Shown here in pieces: positions 1-12,400 of a stretch of 64,000 bases of DNA (position 1 is its first letter; every line of letters begins with the position of its first letter). The stretch comes from Podarcis pityusensis. Its lineage: Eukaryota. The stretch lies in assembly GCA_964106645.2 (NCBI GenBank), contig OZ078259.1. One strand, given 5' to 3'. Below the pieces are notes generated by a model. The model was not told the origin of the DNA, made no database searches, and saw only the letters and a list, made by a program, of their open reading frames with translations. The position numbers and the translations under genes were made by a program.

Positions 1-524
1 AAGAACCACTTAGACAGCTCTCAAAGAAAGAAGAATTTAAATAGTTATAAACCCTGAAGGAGGCATGTCATGGGAGATTGCCTTGCTTTCTGATTTGTTG
101 GTAGGGGCTGATAAAAAGGTAAATGTATATAATCAACCTCAAGCACATCAAACTATGGTAGTTACAGAGTATTCACTTCTACTCCATGGCTATGTTCCTT
201 TATACAACAGCAGTTTGGGTTTTTAAAAATCATCTCCTGTCCAAACCAGTGGGATGCACAGTGGAAATAAACCTGACAACGAGGCTCTGAATCAATGCCA
301 CCCAGGAGAACTGGTTTCTGGCAGTCTCCATGTGGAGATGGGGGCTGGTGAGGTGGGCTTGGCTAGCAAATCTTGCCCCTGTGCCAAACTGTTCTGGCCA
401 AGCCCACAGATTTAGAACCAGTTCCATTTTATCGTGCATGTTTGTGTGCATGCATGTGAGAAAGAGATAGGAGAGAGAGAGAGAGAAAGAAACTGAATTA
501 AAACTCTTACCAATTTACCAAACT

Positions 525-525
<1 letters not shown>

Positions 526-569
<44 letters not shown>

Positions 570-574
570 TTATC
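526..574. repeat. (CTAT)n tetranucleotide microsatellite
   Basis: Direct reading. Confidence 0.95.
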
Positions 575-678
575 TTAGAAAAACTTTTACATGTTGTTCT
601 GACAACCTATGCTTCTAGATGCTCTCTGTGTGGTTCAGAAGTTTGTTCCACTTCTTCAAAACTACTCAAGCTGAACTA

Positions 679-845
679 CCGTATTTTTCCATGTATAAAA
701 CTAGTCCCCCCCCCCTAAAAAATAATGTCAAAAATTAGGGGGTGCCTTATACTCTGGGCCATCTCTCCCCATTTTCTTAAACCCGAGTCCCCCAAAATAG
801 GGGGCGTCTTATACATGGGGGCGTCTTATAGGTGGTAAAATACGG
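679..845. mobile_element. Tc1/mariner-superfamily (pogo/Tc2-like) MITE
   Basis: Termini CCGTATTTT...AAAATACGG, TA target duplication on both sides. Confidence 0.8.
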
Positions 846-3069
846 TACATGTATTCTATGACACAGGGGTGCAGCATGGATAGGGTGAGGGGGCCCGTCA
901 CCACAGGCACAGGTTTTTTGAGGGTGCATTTTACTCCTCACGCTGCCCTTGCCAGCCCTGCACCACTCTGCAAGTCTGATCCTCATCTCAGCCTCACAAA
1001 GCAGTGTGGGGTTGGCAGGGCATCAGGAGGACACAACAGAATTGTGCCCTTCCAATCAGCCCAATCAGATTGTTTTTAAGGGTGTATGACTGCCCTGCTG
1101 CATCCTCCTCACATTTCCCTCCATACCCCCCTGATGTGCCCGCCTGCCCCAGGCACCTTGAAGACACACACTGCTGCTGATATGACAACAAGCCGAAAGA
1201 TGAAACTAGTACTAAAAACCCATTGCAGAAGGCAAACATAGAAACCTATGTATCAGTGGGTGTGTTTTTTAAAGCCGCCTTAATATAAAAATGCAAAATT
1301 TATATTATAGAGATTCCAACACATCTGTCTATTGTTTCGTATTTGCTATATATTTTGGTGGCGGCTTCTGTTCTTCCCTCTATTGTATATATTCTATATA
1401 CAAACATTTATCTGCGTTGTGTATCTGCTACACAATGGTGTTTAGCGGCATGGAGTTGGCTTGGTCTCACTTCACTTTTATGTGTTCTCTCAAGCTATTC
1501 TGCTCAAGGCACTCCAGCTTATTGCATGTAACTCCACTGATAACATTGCTATAGCCATTATTATGGTTTCTGAACTGGTGGCAACAGTATGGTAGAATGC
1601 TCTCCCTACAGAAATACGAGAGACCAATCATTACTGTCATTCTGCCAGCTTTTGAAGACATACCTGTTTAGGAAAGTGTTCCATGAACTCAACCTCTGAT
1701 CTTTCTGTCTTAACTGTTCAACTGTTTTAATTATCATGCTTTTTAAATGGTTGTTTTAGGGTACATTTTAATTATGGGTGTTTTAATGTCCTAATGGAAT
1801 CGTTATTGTATATTTTAATTATGTATGTTTTTTCTAATTGGTTTTATAGTTGTAAACCATCTAGAAGCCATTTTGGCATATAAGCAGTGTATAAATGAAT
1901 AAATAATAATAATACTAAGTCTCTTCCAACACAACACACAAAATGACCTATCCAGTTTCCCAATCATTTTCCAACCTACTTTCCTATTCACAAATGGAGT
2001 TTTGTTTTGTTTTTTGCATGCAAGTCTATTCTTAACGACAGCTGAATTGCTAAGATACGTGTTTAAGCTTCAGGTATATTATAATCCTAATTATTATTTG
2101 TAAAATGCATAAAGACAGCTTTGTCAATTTTTTATACATTCTGCAGTGAACATTCAAATTGCAAAAACTACCACAACTACCCAAGATTGTTGGCTGGTAA
2201 ATATTCAAAATTATGGAATTACAATAGTGAATATGAACAACACTGTATGTTGACAATCCCTGATAAATGTCAATGTTCTGAAAGCTCAAATCTGTGCTGG
2301 TTAACCATCCAACCATGGCCCCAACCATTACCAGAACTGGTCAGGTGAGAAGGATGACTCCTCCTCCTCCTAGAGAGGTGAAGAAAGCTTTCAGTAGACC
2401 CTGCTTGTTCCTTCCAGTAGGAAGTATCATCACTAAAAGGAATTCATAAGTAATTCTCAGGTAAAGATCATTGTCAGTATTTACTTGTTAATATCCAAGA
2501 ACTGAAGAAACAGAAATCTATTTTCAGGCTCAGGCATTCACAAAATTTATCAGGCATTGTCAAGCATTCACACGTGAATGCCAGTGATCACTAAATTTTG
2601 AATATTGTGACAGAGAAAGCACACTTCTCAAATTGGGATCAGACTATTGATCGATGGATTTTATGTCTTATGCAATAACCAGTCTTCTCAACCATTATTG
2701 ATCTAAGATAAAACTTTTGCAGTAAGGCTTTCTGAAAACCATAGTCCCAGTACAGTAGCTCTGAATGCTACGAAACACTCCAGTAATTTCACCTCATCTC
2801 CATAAACACTGTGGAATCTGACCCTTCACAATACATTAGAAATAGTTTTTCAGCATCTGAGGACATCTGTCAAAGGAAAACAAACAGGCCCAAGTGTGTC
2901 TCACAACCACATAAACATCAGGGTGCCTATGCAAAAAGGAATCGCCAGGGTGGTCCTTGGATAGAAAATGGCGTGCAGCCCTGACCAATAGCAAAAAGAC
3001 TGTGAAATTGTAAAGTTAAGTAATGCTATGTTGTAGGCTTCTTAACATTCCCAATAAATTTAATCATAC

Positions 3070-3137
3070 CTGCAAGATCTTCCTTTGAAGATACCAGTCG
3101 CGGAGAGCTGTTTCCTGGCTCAATTCTTAAGGATAAT
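3070..3137 (-). CDS. RALGPS1: RALGPS1 internal coding exon, 68 nt, phase 2-1
   Basis: Translates (K)LSLRIEPGNSSPRLVSSKEDLA(G). Acceptor ttctcttttctag|A, donor CAG|gtatga. Confidence 0.97.
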
Positions 3138-3407
3138 CTAGAAAAGAGAAATGGTGACATGATGGGAATTAAATAGCTTAACAAAAGCAAAGGGATAAAC
3201 TTTTTTATGTTATCGGTTGAAAGCAGGAAATCTAGCTTAGCCTGGACATCTCTTACATTCTTAGGATATGACGGGTGCATACTAAAGTATTAGAAGCCCA
3301 ACAGAATTTTTTACACTTGGTAAACACAGATCTTTACTGAGATGTTTAAGCAGCTATTAACACTAGGTAAGACATGAATGAAAAACAGCCCTTTTTGTTT
3401 GCTTATA

Positions 3408-3633
3408 CAGTGGTACCTCGGGTTATATACGCTTCAGGTTACAGACTCTGCTAACCCAGAAAAAGTGCTTCAGGTTAATAACTTTGCTTCAGGATGAGAA
3501 CAGAAATCGTGCTCCAGAGACGCGGCAGCAGCTAGAGGCCCCATTAGCTAAAGTGGTGCTTCAGGTTAAGAACAGTTTCAAGTTAAGTACGGACCTCCGG
3601 AACGAATTAAGTACTTAACCCAAGGTACAATTG
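3408..3633. mobile_element. Tigger/pogo-like MITE, 226 bp (copy 1)
   Basis: TIR CAGTGGTACCTCGGGTTA with a degenerate right copy, TA flanks. Closely similar to 36473-36698. Confidence 0.88.
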
Positions 3634-4184
3634 TACTGTAATGCGTAAGGACTGGTAACTAGTGAGCCCTGAACCAGTCTGCCTCCACTCCCCAAAAAGT
3701 GATTCCTGACAGCAAAATTTCAAACAAAGAGGCAAAAGAGATGTGAAGGGAGTGGCAGCTGCTGTAATGAGAATTGCCAGGAGGCAATATCTCCACTCCT
3801 TTGTCCACTGATCCTCTGGCTTGCTGGGCAGCAGCAGATTGGTTGTTGTTTTTTCCAGTTGCCCTTCTTTCTTCCTACCATTCCTCTTTCCAGAACAGGA
3901 CCTTGTCTTCTATATTTATTTGTCATTGCTCTTGGGAAAGTGTGGGCAACTAACTGAAGTAAACATAAAAAAGAAAAAGAAAAAAGCATCACTGTGCATC
4001 AGGGAAAACTGCACATGTATACATGAAAATAGATCTTGTTCTGGAGGGACCGAAGGTGGTATGTGGTTTGACAAACAAGAAGCTTGAGGTTTGTAGTTAG
4101 ATAGCCTCTGATGTGTGCATTCCTGATACAAATCTCTACACACTTGATTAAGAGCCTGGTTTATAGTCCTCCAGAAGTGAGCTG

Positions 4185-4529
4185 CAGACCCTTCCAAGTT
4201 TCCCTATTTTCCAGGTATGTCCCTGATTTAGAGAAGCTGCCTTGGTTTCTGATTTGATCCTGGAATGTCCCACTTTTCCTTAGAATGTCTTGATTTTCAT
4301 TGGAGAAATGTTAGAGGGTATAGAGTTATCTGACCCCCGAGCCATCTGAAGGTAATCCGGTATAAGAAAGTTTTTTTAAATGTTTAATGTTTTATTATGT
4401 TTTTATATATGTTGGAAGCTGCCCAGAGTGGCTGGGGCAACCCAGTCGGATGTGTGGGGTATAAATAGTAAAGCTATCATTATGGAATGGAATGTCCCTA
4501 TTTTCATCGGAAAAATGTTGGAGGGTATG
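4185..4529. mobile_element. Composite non-autonomous DNA transposon with duplicated right end and an embedded LINE/SINE 3' tail
   Basis: Termini CAGACCCTTCCAA / TTGGAGGGTATG, flanking 6-bp direct repeat GAGCTG. A second right end lies at about 4290-4323 and an L2-type tail at about 4375-4470. Confidence 0.7.
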
Positions 4530-4896
4530 GAGCTGTAAACTGCCACTCTCATATGAAAGCTATTTTAACCATGGGGAAGCAAGAGGTGGGGTCCTGTGCA
4601 GGCAGAGAAAGATGAGAAGGGAAAGAGAAGGGAAACACAAAAGACAAAGAATGCATTGTAATAAGCCAGCTCATGTTCCAGAGTTCTGGCGTCGAGTGCA
4701 ACATTATCAAAACACTGCCCACCCCCAAAGTAGGAGGTATGCACACATGTCTGCAGGGAACACATCAATGAAAATGCACTTTTCCTTACAAATAGCATTA
4801 AATAACTTTAATAGCTACATATTCTCTCAGCAGACCCTTGAACATATTCTATTAATTCTCAGTTGTCACAGTCTTCATGTATAACTCACAAACACT

Positions 4897-5105
4897 GTCG
4901 AAATAAAAAAATTCCTTCCTGTAGCACCTTAAAGACCAACTAAGTTAGTTCTTGGTATAAGCTTTCGTGTGCATGCACACTTCTTCAGATACACGCATGC
5001 ACACGAAAGCTTATACCAAGAACTAACTTAGTTGGTCTTTAAGGTGCTACAGGAAGGAATTTTTTTATTTCGACTATGGCAGACCAACACGGCTACCCAT
5101 CTGTA
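4897..5105. mobile_element. Short Penelope-like retroelement insertion (inverted pseudo-LTR arrangement)
   Basis: Perfect 80-bp inverted arms (4897-4976 / 4995-5074). Typical PLE terminus TTGGTCTTTAAGGTGCTAC...CAGACCAACACGGCTACC. Flanking direct repeat TCACAAACACT(G) at 4886-4897 and 5106-5117. Confidence 0.85.
4955..4992 (-). ncRNA. Minimal type I hammerhead ribozyme motif (Penelope-type)
   Basis: Minus strand reads GUAU-CUGAAGA-A-GUGUG-CAUG-CACAC-GAAA-GCUU-AUAC: stem I GUAU/AUAC, core CUGANGA and GAAA, stem II GUGUG/CACAC, and palindromic AAGCUU in place of stem III. Confidence 0.7.
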
Positions 5106-5703
5106 TCACAAACACTGCAAAGCAATAGAATATCACTGGCTAAGACTACCCCAAGTCTTGGTGAGCTATATTCATATGTCGACAAGTGTGGATCACATTA
5201 TTTGAGAGAAACAAACATTCACTCACTCTGTAAGGCCAGACAAACATGCAACCTGTTCCACTTCCGAAATGGTGTGGACACCCCGCCCCCCGAGAGAGAG
5301 AGACAGAGACAGAGACAGAGACATATAATGCACAAGGTGCCAACAGATAGATTGTCTCTGGAATACAGATTAACCTCCTGCTACCTTTAAGAGGAAGTTC
5401 CCTGAAGATGTTGTTTTTTGTCTTTAGCACAAAGTTCAAGGGCATTGTTACTGCAGCTGAATGAAATTTTGATTACCCCCTTTCCCTCCCACAGCATTTT
5501 GTTAGGCATGACTAACCTAGGACTCACCAATAACCTAATTTATGCAAAGAGAAGAGCTTTGCAGAGTTTTACACACAAAGAATAGGATTATACACTTTTG
5601 AAACAGCAACTACAACCAATTCTTTATTCAAACATTGACTGCTTCTTTGTTTTTAACTGTTTTAAATTATCTTAAGTGTAAATTGCCTCAAGGCTACAGT
5701 TTA

Positions 5704-5736
<33 letters not shown>

Positions 5737-5790
5737 CCAACTATTTTCATTTGATTCTGTTTTTGGACTATTTTAGTAATTTAATTTACC

Positions 5791-5821
<31 letters not shown>

Positions 5822-6091
5822 GATTAATAGCATGTATCCCTTTCATTCCTTCATTTATTTAGAGGATAAGAAAGAAGCTGTGGCTATCTCATACTATCTT
5901 GCATTGCTCTTATTGTGAGAGCATAAGGGGGAATTAATGAATATCACTCTTACAACAGACATTTGCATATTCACTCCCCCTGTAAGTCCCACTGTATTTA
6001 ATGGCATTTACTTTCAGGGCAAGTATGTATAGCATTGCAACTGGGTTCTTTTTGTGCTTTCTTTCTTTTTTCTTTTTGTAGGCAGGATTTA

Positions 6092-6340
6092 CCGTATTTT
6101 TCGCTCCATAGGGTGCACCAGACCATAGGGCACACCTAGTTTTTAGGAGGGGAAATAAAGAAAAAAAAATTTCTTTGCAGGCTGCTATCCGCAAGCCTTC
6201 GGAGCCTGGTGGGAACCCACACCGACCCCTCTCGCTCTCCAGGCTTCAGCGAAAGCCTGCATTCGCTCCATAGGACGCACACACATTTCCCCTTCATTTT
6301 TGGAGGGGAAAAAGTGTGTCCTATAGAGCGAAAAATACGG
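6092..6340. mobile_element. Tc1/mariner-superfamily (pogo/Tc2-like) MITE
   Basis: 21-bp TIR CCGTATTTTTCGCTCCATAGG with 1 mismatch, TA target duplication. Confidence 0.88.
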
Positions 6341-7238
6341 TACTAGTGATAATAAGTAGAGAAATACCCAGAGGGCTATTTTGAATGGTAACACACACAC
6401 ACACACACACACACATTTTGTTTAAGTACTATATAAATGTGATTCTAAAACATAAAACCTGCTCTGCTAAATGTTGAAGTGTGCAGTTATGGTTGTTGTC
6501 ATACTCCAGAAAAGGAGTGATAACAATGCTGGAAATGTTCCATTTTCTAAGATTCAGTTCTAGTCTGTAGGCGTTTGTAAGATACCCCTGCAAACTGCAA
6601 AAAATTATAAATTTCCCAGGTGTCAAAATAAGATGGTTAGGTACCTGTCACCAGGAACAGTGGTTTTTTAAAACACTAAGTATAATACCAGTGGTGTTAT
6701 TATGACCCTTGTTTGTTTATAGGGAGTCCAACCAAGCCTTCTAAAAATTGCCAAAGTACGGACAACAGCTGGCGCACAAACTAAGCAAGTAGAGCTGCTC
6801 TATGCTGTGGAGGCAGCCTGCGCCACCAGTGACAAGGGTGATCCAAGGGCATACCCAGGCTGCAAATCTGTTCCTTCAGAGGGAACGTGACCCCATCAAG
6901 AACAAGAACACCATTCACAACAGTTAAAATTCCCTAGTGTAGCCTTGGTACTAGAAGTGTCTCATTTGCTTCCAGTCTCCAAGAAAGAACTCTTTTTTAA
7001 TTGGCTGCAAGCTCAGCAGCAACTCAACTCAAGTCTTTCAATGGCTGTTCCACTTAGGTCATTGCAATAACAGTAAATGCCTTAAATGTAGTCCATGTAT
7101 TAGACTGCAAGCATGTAGGAAGGGCTGTCCTGCTTTTAAATGTTTGTCCAGCAACAAGAAAACTTTAGGAGCCTTACAAACAAACCATTTCATGTACAAT
7201 TCCATTTCAGGCCAGCTGGGTCTACAATTCATGAACAT

Positions 7239-7929
7239 CAGGGGTCGGCAAAATTTTTAACTGCGGGCAGGTCCACTGTCCCTCAGACCTTGTGGCAGGC
7301 CACAGAAGCAGCACGGGGGGGGGGAGGGGAGGGAGCTGGAAGAAGAGGCGAGGGGGGCCAACTATTGTGCTTACCTTCCCAGGGGCACGATCCGTAGCAC
7401 ATTTCATTCTCAGCAGTTCTTCAGGCACTGAACAAACGGCCTTGAAACGATTGCGGCTTACTTGCGAGTAAGTGTGTCTTTAGGGCTCTTAGTGTCTGTG
7501 CATCCAACGACAGGGCAGGGTGCATCTACGCGCCAAGATGTGGCATCTCCTGGCGGTGCAGGTGGAAGCAGGCGGGGAAGGGAAAGCGGACTTCTAGAGC
7601 TGGGGAGGAGCCAGAGCAGGCAGTGGGCGCTGTCTTGCTTCCTTGCGACGGGAGGAAGAGGCTGAGTGGCAGCGGCTCTGCCAATCAGACACCGCACCTG
7701 CTTTACCTAAGCGCGGTGCGGGGACGTCTCTGCCAATCAAACGCCGCTGAGGTAAACCAGGCGCAGCATTTGATTGGCAGAGACGATCCCGCGCCACGCT
7801 GAGGTAAACAAGGCACGGCGATTGAGTGGCAGAGCTGCATCGCCGGGAGTCTTGGCTTCACGGCGCAGGCCAAATTTACAAGCCAGGTGGGCCTGATCCG
7901 GCCCGCGGACCTCAGTTTGCCGACCCCTG
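7239..7929. mobile_element. hAT-type non-autonomous element, 691 bp, GC/CpG-rich
   Basis: 14-bp perfect TIR CAGGGGTCGGCAAA, 8-bp TSD ATGAACAT/ATTAACAT. Left end shared with the 28114 and 59468 MITE family. Confidence 0.87.
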
Positions 7930-10900
7930 ATTAACATTCTCAGTGGGTGGGAAGGATGCACCTAGCATCAAGAAAAACAGGGTGTTTGGGAAATTAGGGC
8001 CACCAAAATCTGCCATTGGGTAAAAATTCAATGCAAAAAATATATGACTCAATCTTAGGAGGTTGTCCTGCTCAAGCCCCATTAAAATGAAAGATGTAAA
8101 AGAGAGTTCTTGTGTGGCTCTCTTATGTATGAGAACTTTGTGAAGGACTGGTCCCACAATAACTACTTGAGCACAGAGCAAATCTATTACCCCAGGTTCC
8201 AGTTTTATAAAAAGTTAAGACATTCAGATTAAAGACGCAAATGCAGTGGATAGTCTTCCACTGACTCTTATCTTAGGCTTTAAAATGTATAGATTTGTTA
8301 TTTATAAAGTTATTATTGTAAATGAATCCCTCATTTTCATGGAAGGAAAAGCTCAAAATACATATTTTTAAATTCCCATTTGTTGGATTTCAGCATCTGA
8401 AAAATGACGACATGCTTCTTGTAAAAAGCAAGCAATGCTGAGGAAGTTACAATAAATACAGCCCACAACACACCGCCTCTGATGTGGTTAAAGGAATTTT
8501 TAGAGGGGAGGTTTTCCCCCACAATGTTAAGTTTTTAAACTTGATGTAATTAAATGCTCATCTTTGGGGAATTGCCCAAAACACGCATAAATAATCCAAC
8601 AGCTTTCATAGCATCCTGTCCCTGGAAATAGACCTTCATCCACTATGGTGGCTATACAAGTGTTCTAGTGATTGTCAATTCATTATTGCACAGATCCTCT
8701 TTTAACCTCATATAGCTTTGGAGGCTGGCCTTTTCCATACTATTCCAGATGTTTATTTATCCAGTCTGGATGACTGTTTTCTTTATGAAAAGGTTTTATG
8801 AGTTTATTTCAGGCCTCCTGTTGGAACAGATTCTTGGCTGATCTTGGACAATTGTGCAGTTTCAGGGTGTAATCTAAGATTTAAAAAACTTACACATGAG
8901 GCATTTTTTCCTTCATCTTGGATTCACTTCACACAATTACTTGCATATTGGCCAAAGTGAAAGTCATGGCAACAGTGTAGTATAAGGCTGCCCTGCATTT
9001 GTGCTCATTTCAGTTTTCGTGTCAAAAGCAGTTTGGAGGGCAGAGCTGGAGAAGCATTTCCTGAAGAAAACTTTAATTAATTTAATGTTGTTGTTGTTGC
9101 TGCTGCTGCTGCTCCTGTTTCTGAAGTTACTTGCTTATGCTACTTCCCCTATCTGCTGCTGCATCACTGTTATTTTTCCTTGCACGGCTTGGGAGTGAAA
9201 GAAGGAAGGGATAGAAGCTTCAGATATGTTTGGGCTTTTTTGCTCAAGGGCGTGTCAAGCAGAGGTGGAGAGTATCAGCATTTTCCATCCTGTTTTTGCA
9301 GTTAGCCAGCATTAAAAGAACTGGTGGCATTGTAACACCTTGTCAGTCCTCCAACAATGCAAAAGGATTCATGGTGGGTATTGGATAGTCACAGTGGAGG
9401 TGGTGAGACAGGAAACCAGAACTTGGTGAGACAAACTGCAGTTTGAATGAATGTCTGTCAGCTGAATCTTGGCTTGTTCAACAAGCACTGCATCCAAAGT
9501 GACATTAATGTAAGACCTCTGGTCACTCATGCTTACTAGAGAGAGCCTATGTCACAGTTGAATCCCTAGTGATGTATTTAATTACAATCATACCTTGGGT
9601 TGAAGTAGCTTCGTTGAGCGTTTTCAATTATTCAATTATTTGACAGTATTCTCACTCATTTTTTTTCTTACATGAGACTGATACATGTGACACTCCACAG
9701 ATTTTGTTGGAGTAGCTCAGTGCTATTTTACTATGAAATCAATCAATTATTCTAAAGAGAGAGAAAGGAGGAGACAGTGTAAGAAACTCCAGATTGTTTA
9801 AATGTATGTTAGCTGGATCTTGGCATGAGCTCAAAATATGGTTTAGCGATGTATCCAAAGTTAGTTCAGAATTACTGTGGCTCACCTACCAGTCATAAAA
9901 TGATGGTGTAGGGGCACAGCCAGTCATAAAGTGGTGGAGGTGGAGTTTGGACTCATCAGTTGTGGTTGTTTTCTATTGATATCTAACCCTTCTCTGGAAA
10001 TTGCTTCTTTTTCTCTCCCTCAGTCCATTCATTTTGCCTCCTTCCTTCCCATTTCCTCCTTTTCTTCCCTCACACTCCACCAGTCATTTTGTCCAGCCAG
10101 TCTCTCCTCTTTCTTTCCATTACTTAACACAGTATCCTACAGACCTGCTCTCTGACATCTGCTACACATGCGTATTGGTTGAATCAAAAGACTGTAGCAG
10201 GGATAAGGAACCTGAGGCCCAGGGGACAAATGCAGTCCTCCAAACCTCTCTACCAGTCCCCTGGGACTCTTCCTAAACCACAACCCATGCCACCCTCTTC
10301 AATGGTTCTTCTCCACACCCACTGAGTGCTTTTGACAAGTTGGATAGTGTTCTTAAACTGTGATGATACTTCTTGCTTCCTTTTTTAAATGTCAACAACT
10401 GAGTTTGTAACCTACTGTAATCATATCCTGGTCCAAATCCTGAAAATTTGTTCCATCAGTATTTCCTTCTGGTTTCAAGCCTACAAAATTATTCTCAGAG
10501 TCTTGGTCCATGACCTGATTATTCAAGAGATTTTATGGGCCAATAAATTATTATTATCCCAAACATGTATATCTTGTTTCCTAAGGGCGGCAGTGGGTTT
10601 TGCCACTCATTACTGGCCTGGATATCTGCCTGATGTCCCTAAATATTGGTAACTCCACTCCACCCTATGGAACTTAAATGGAGAACACAGTTCAGTTAGT
10701 ACCTCTGCAGGTGGTTTTGTTAAAAGGAAAAAGGAAAAGGGAAAAAAAGCAAGAAAAAACTTTGGAGAAACCATTTGATGTTTGATTTGGCACTACTCTT
10801 ACTTGAACTTTCAGATCTGAGGAAGCAGAATTCAGTTCCCAGACGGGTGCCCTGGTGAGGAAGCATGGCACGCTACCCTCTGGCACAGAATACGTCTATC

Positions 10901-11402
10901 AATTGTGCTTAAAGTTCAACCACTTACAATTTGTTAAGCGTTTGGCTGAGATGTATCTCTAATCATTCCAGGCAAGCAAAGAGTAAGGGGGAGTTTTATA
11001 AAAATCTGTTTGTAGGTTCAAGATCATGTTCACTGATTTATTTCCCCTTAACACTCTTTATTTTATTCACAGTTTATGAATTTAGAAACGCAAAGAAAAT
11101 ACACTGAGCATCTCATTAAATTACTACTGACAATTCAAAACAAATAAGGCACCATATTTATTGCATAGTTCTATCCACCTACAATGCAAGCACCTGTTTA
11201 AACCAAAACTGATAAAATGAAACTGTATCACAAAATAGGGGAAGACTCTATCTTTAGCAAAACATGTTAATTTTGGCAAGCTGCAAAGGCTTTTCTCAGA
11301 AGCCTAATGTAAATAGTGCAAACCTTACAGGAAATTATTTTGACGATTTCACCAGACTGAAATTCATACCAAAATTTCTGACCATACTCAGTAGCTCTAA
11401 TA

Positions 11403-11538
11403 CAGGCTTCCTTAACCTCGGCCCTCCAGATGTTTTTGGCCTACAACTCCCATGATCCCTAGCTAGCAGGACCACTGGTCAGGGATGATGGGAATTGTAG
11501 TCCCAAAACATCTGGAGGGCCGAGGCTGAGGAAGCCTG
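11403..11538. mobile_element. Palindromic hAT MITE, 136 bp
   Basis: Near-complete fold-back (CAGGCTTCC...GGAAGCCTG), perfect 8-bp TSD CTCTAATA. Degenerate relatives near 25120-25235, 44900-44995, 46470-46615, 62811-62949 and 63680-63780. Confidence 0.9.
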
Positions 11539-11781
11539 CTCTAATATCAATTACACTGATTCAAAGAGCACCTGAAGACACTTTAACTGCATCTGGGACC
11601 ACAGCACACAATGCAACATTTTGATGAAATTTTGAAGGAAATTGCTCATTTCTCAGGTGACTCTCAACTTAAAAGAATGTAGAAAAGGTAGTAGTAAACA
11701 TGAAGCCTATTTGACTAAGAAAAGAAATGAATCAGTTGCGAGCAGTATGTCAGCTAATGTTTACAACAACAACAACAACAA

Positions 11782-12400
11782 CTTTCTTTTCTTTTTTCTT
11801 TTTTTCCAATACAATATTTTATTGGTTTTTTTCCATATTACATCACAATACAAATAAACCAAAGCCACCACCACATCCTCCCCATCCTCCCATATATCCA
11901 TCAATCAAACCTAATATTCTTTTGTCCCTCCCCCCGCTTCCCTCCTCCCCCACTTGATTTCCTCTAAATTCTGAGATTACATTTATCTTTGCATTTTACA
12001 ATCTTCTCCAATCTTCTATATATTCTTATTATCTTTCCTTACAAATTTATCTTCCCTCAGATACTTTACATTTTAATCTAGGCATATTAGCATATCTTTT
12101 TGAGCAGTGTTTTACCATATATTCATCAAAACAATCCCACTACTTTTTAAATTTTTGATTTGATTGGTTTCTTATAATAGCTGTTAGTTTTGCCAGAGTT
12201 AAATATTCATTTAGTTTACAAATCCATTCCTCCCTTAAGGGTAGAGTTTGTGACTTCCACTTACCAGCAATCACTATGCTAGCTGCTGTACTTGCATATA
12301 AGAAGATCCCCCCCCCCAATGGTATCAACTTTCTTTTCAGGTTGCTCTTTCCCCCTTGATATTTACTTATTTTAAATACTTTCATACCACCTCCCTTAAA
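11782..12400 (-). mobile_element. L1-clade LINE 3' fragment (ORF2 C-terminus, 3' UTR, A-rich tail)
   Basis: Translates IFLYASTAASIVIAGKWKSQTLPLREEWICKLNEYLTLAKLTAIIRNQ..*WDCFDEY, typical of the squamate L1 ORF2 end. T-rich tract at the left end on the plus strand. Confidence 0.75.

Noticed and set aside
230-451. Possible next RALGPS1 exon
   Set aside because: The expected Pro-rich PTPPVPRHRKSHSLG peptide was not found in 1-3069, so that exon probably lies outside the window.
10810-10845. CTGAGGAAG resembling a second hammerhead core
   Set aside because: No stem II followed by GAAA; at most a decayed relic.
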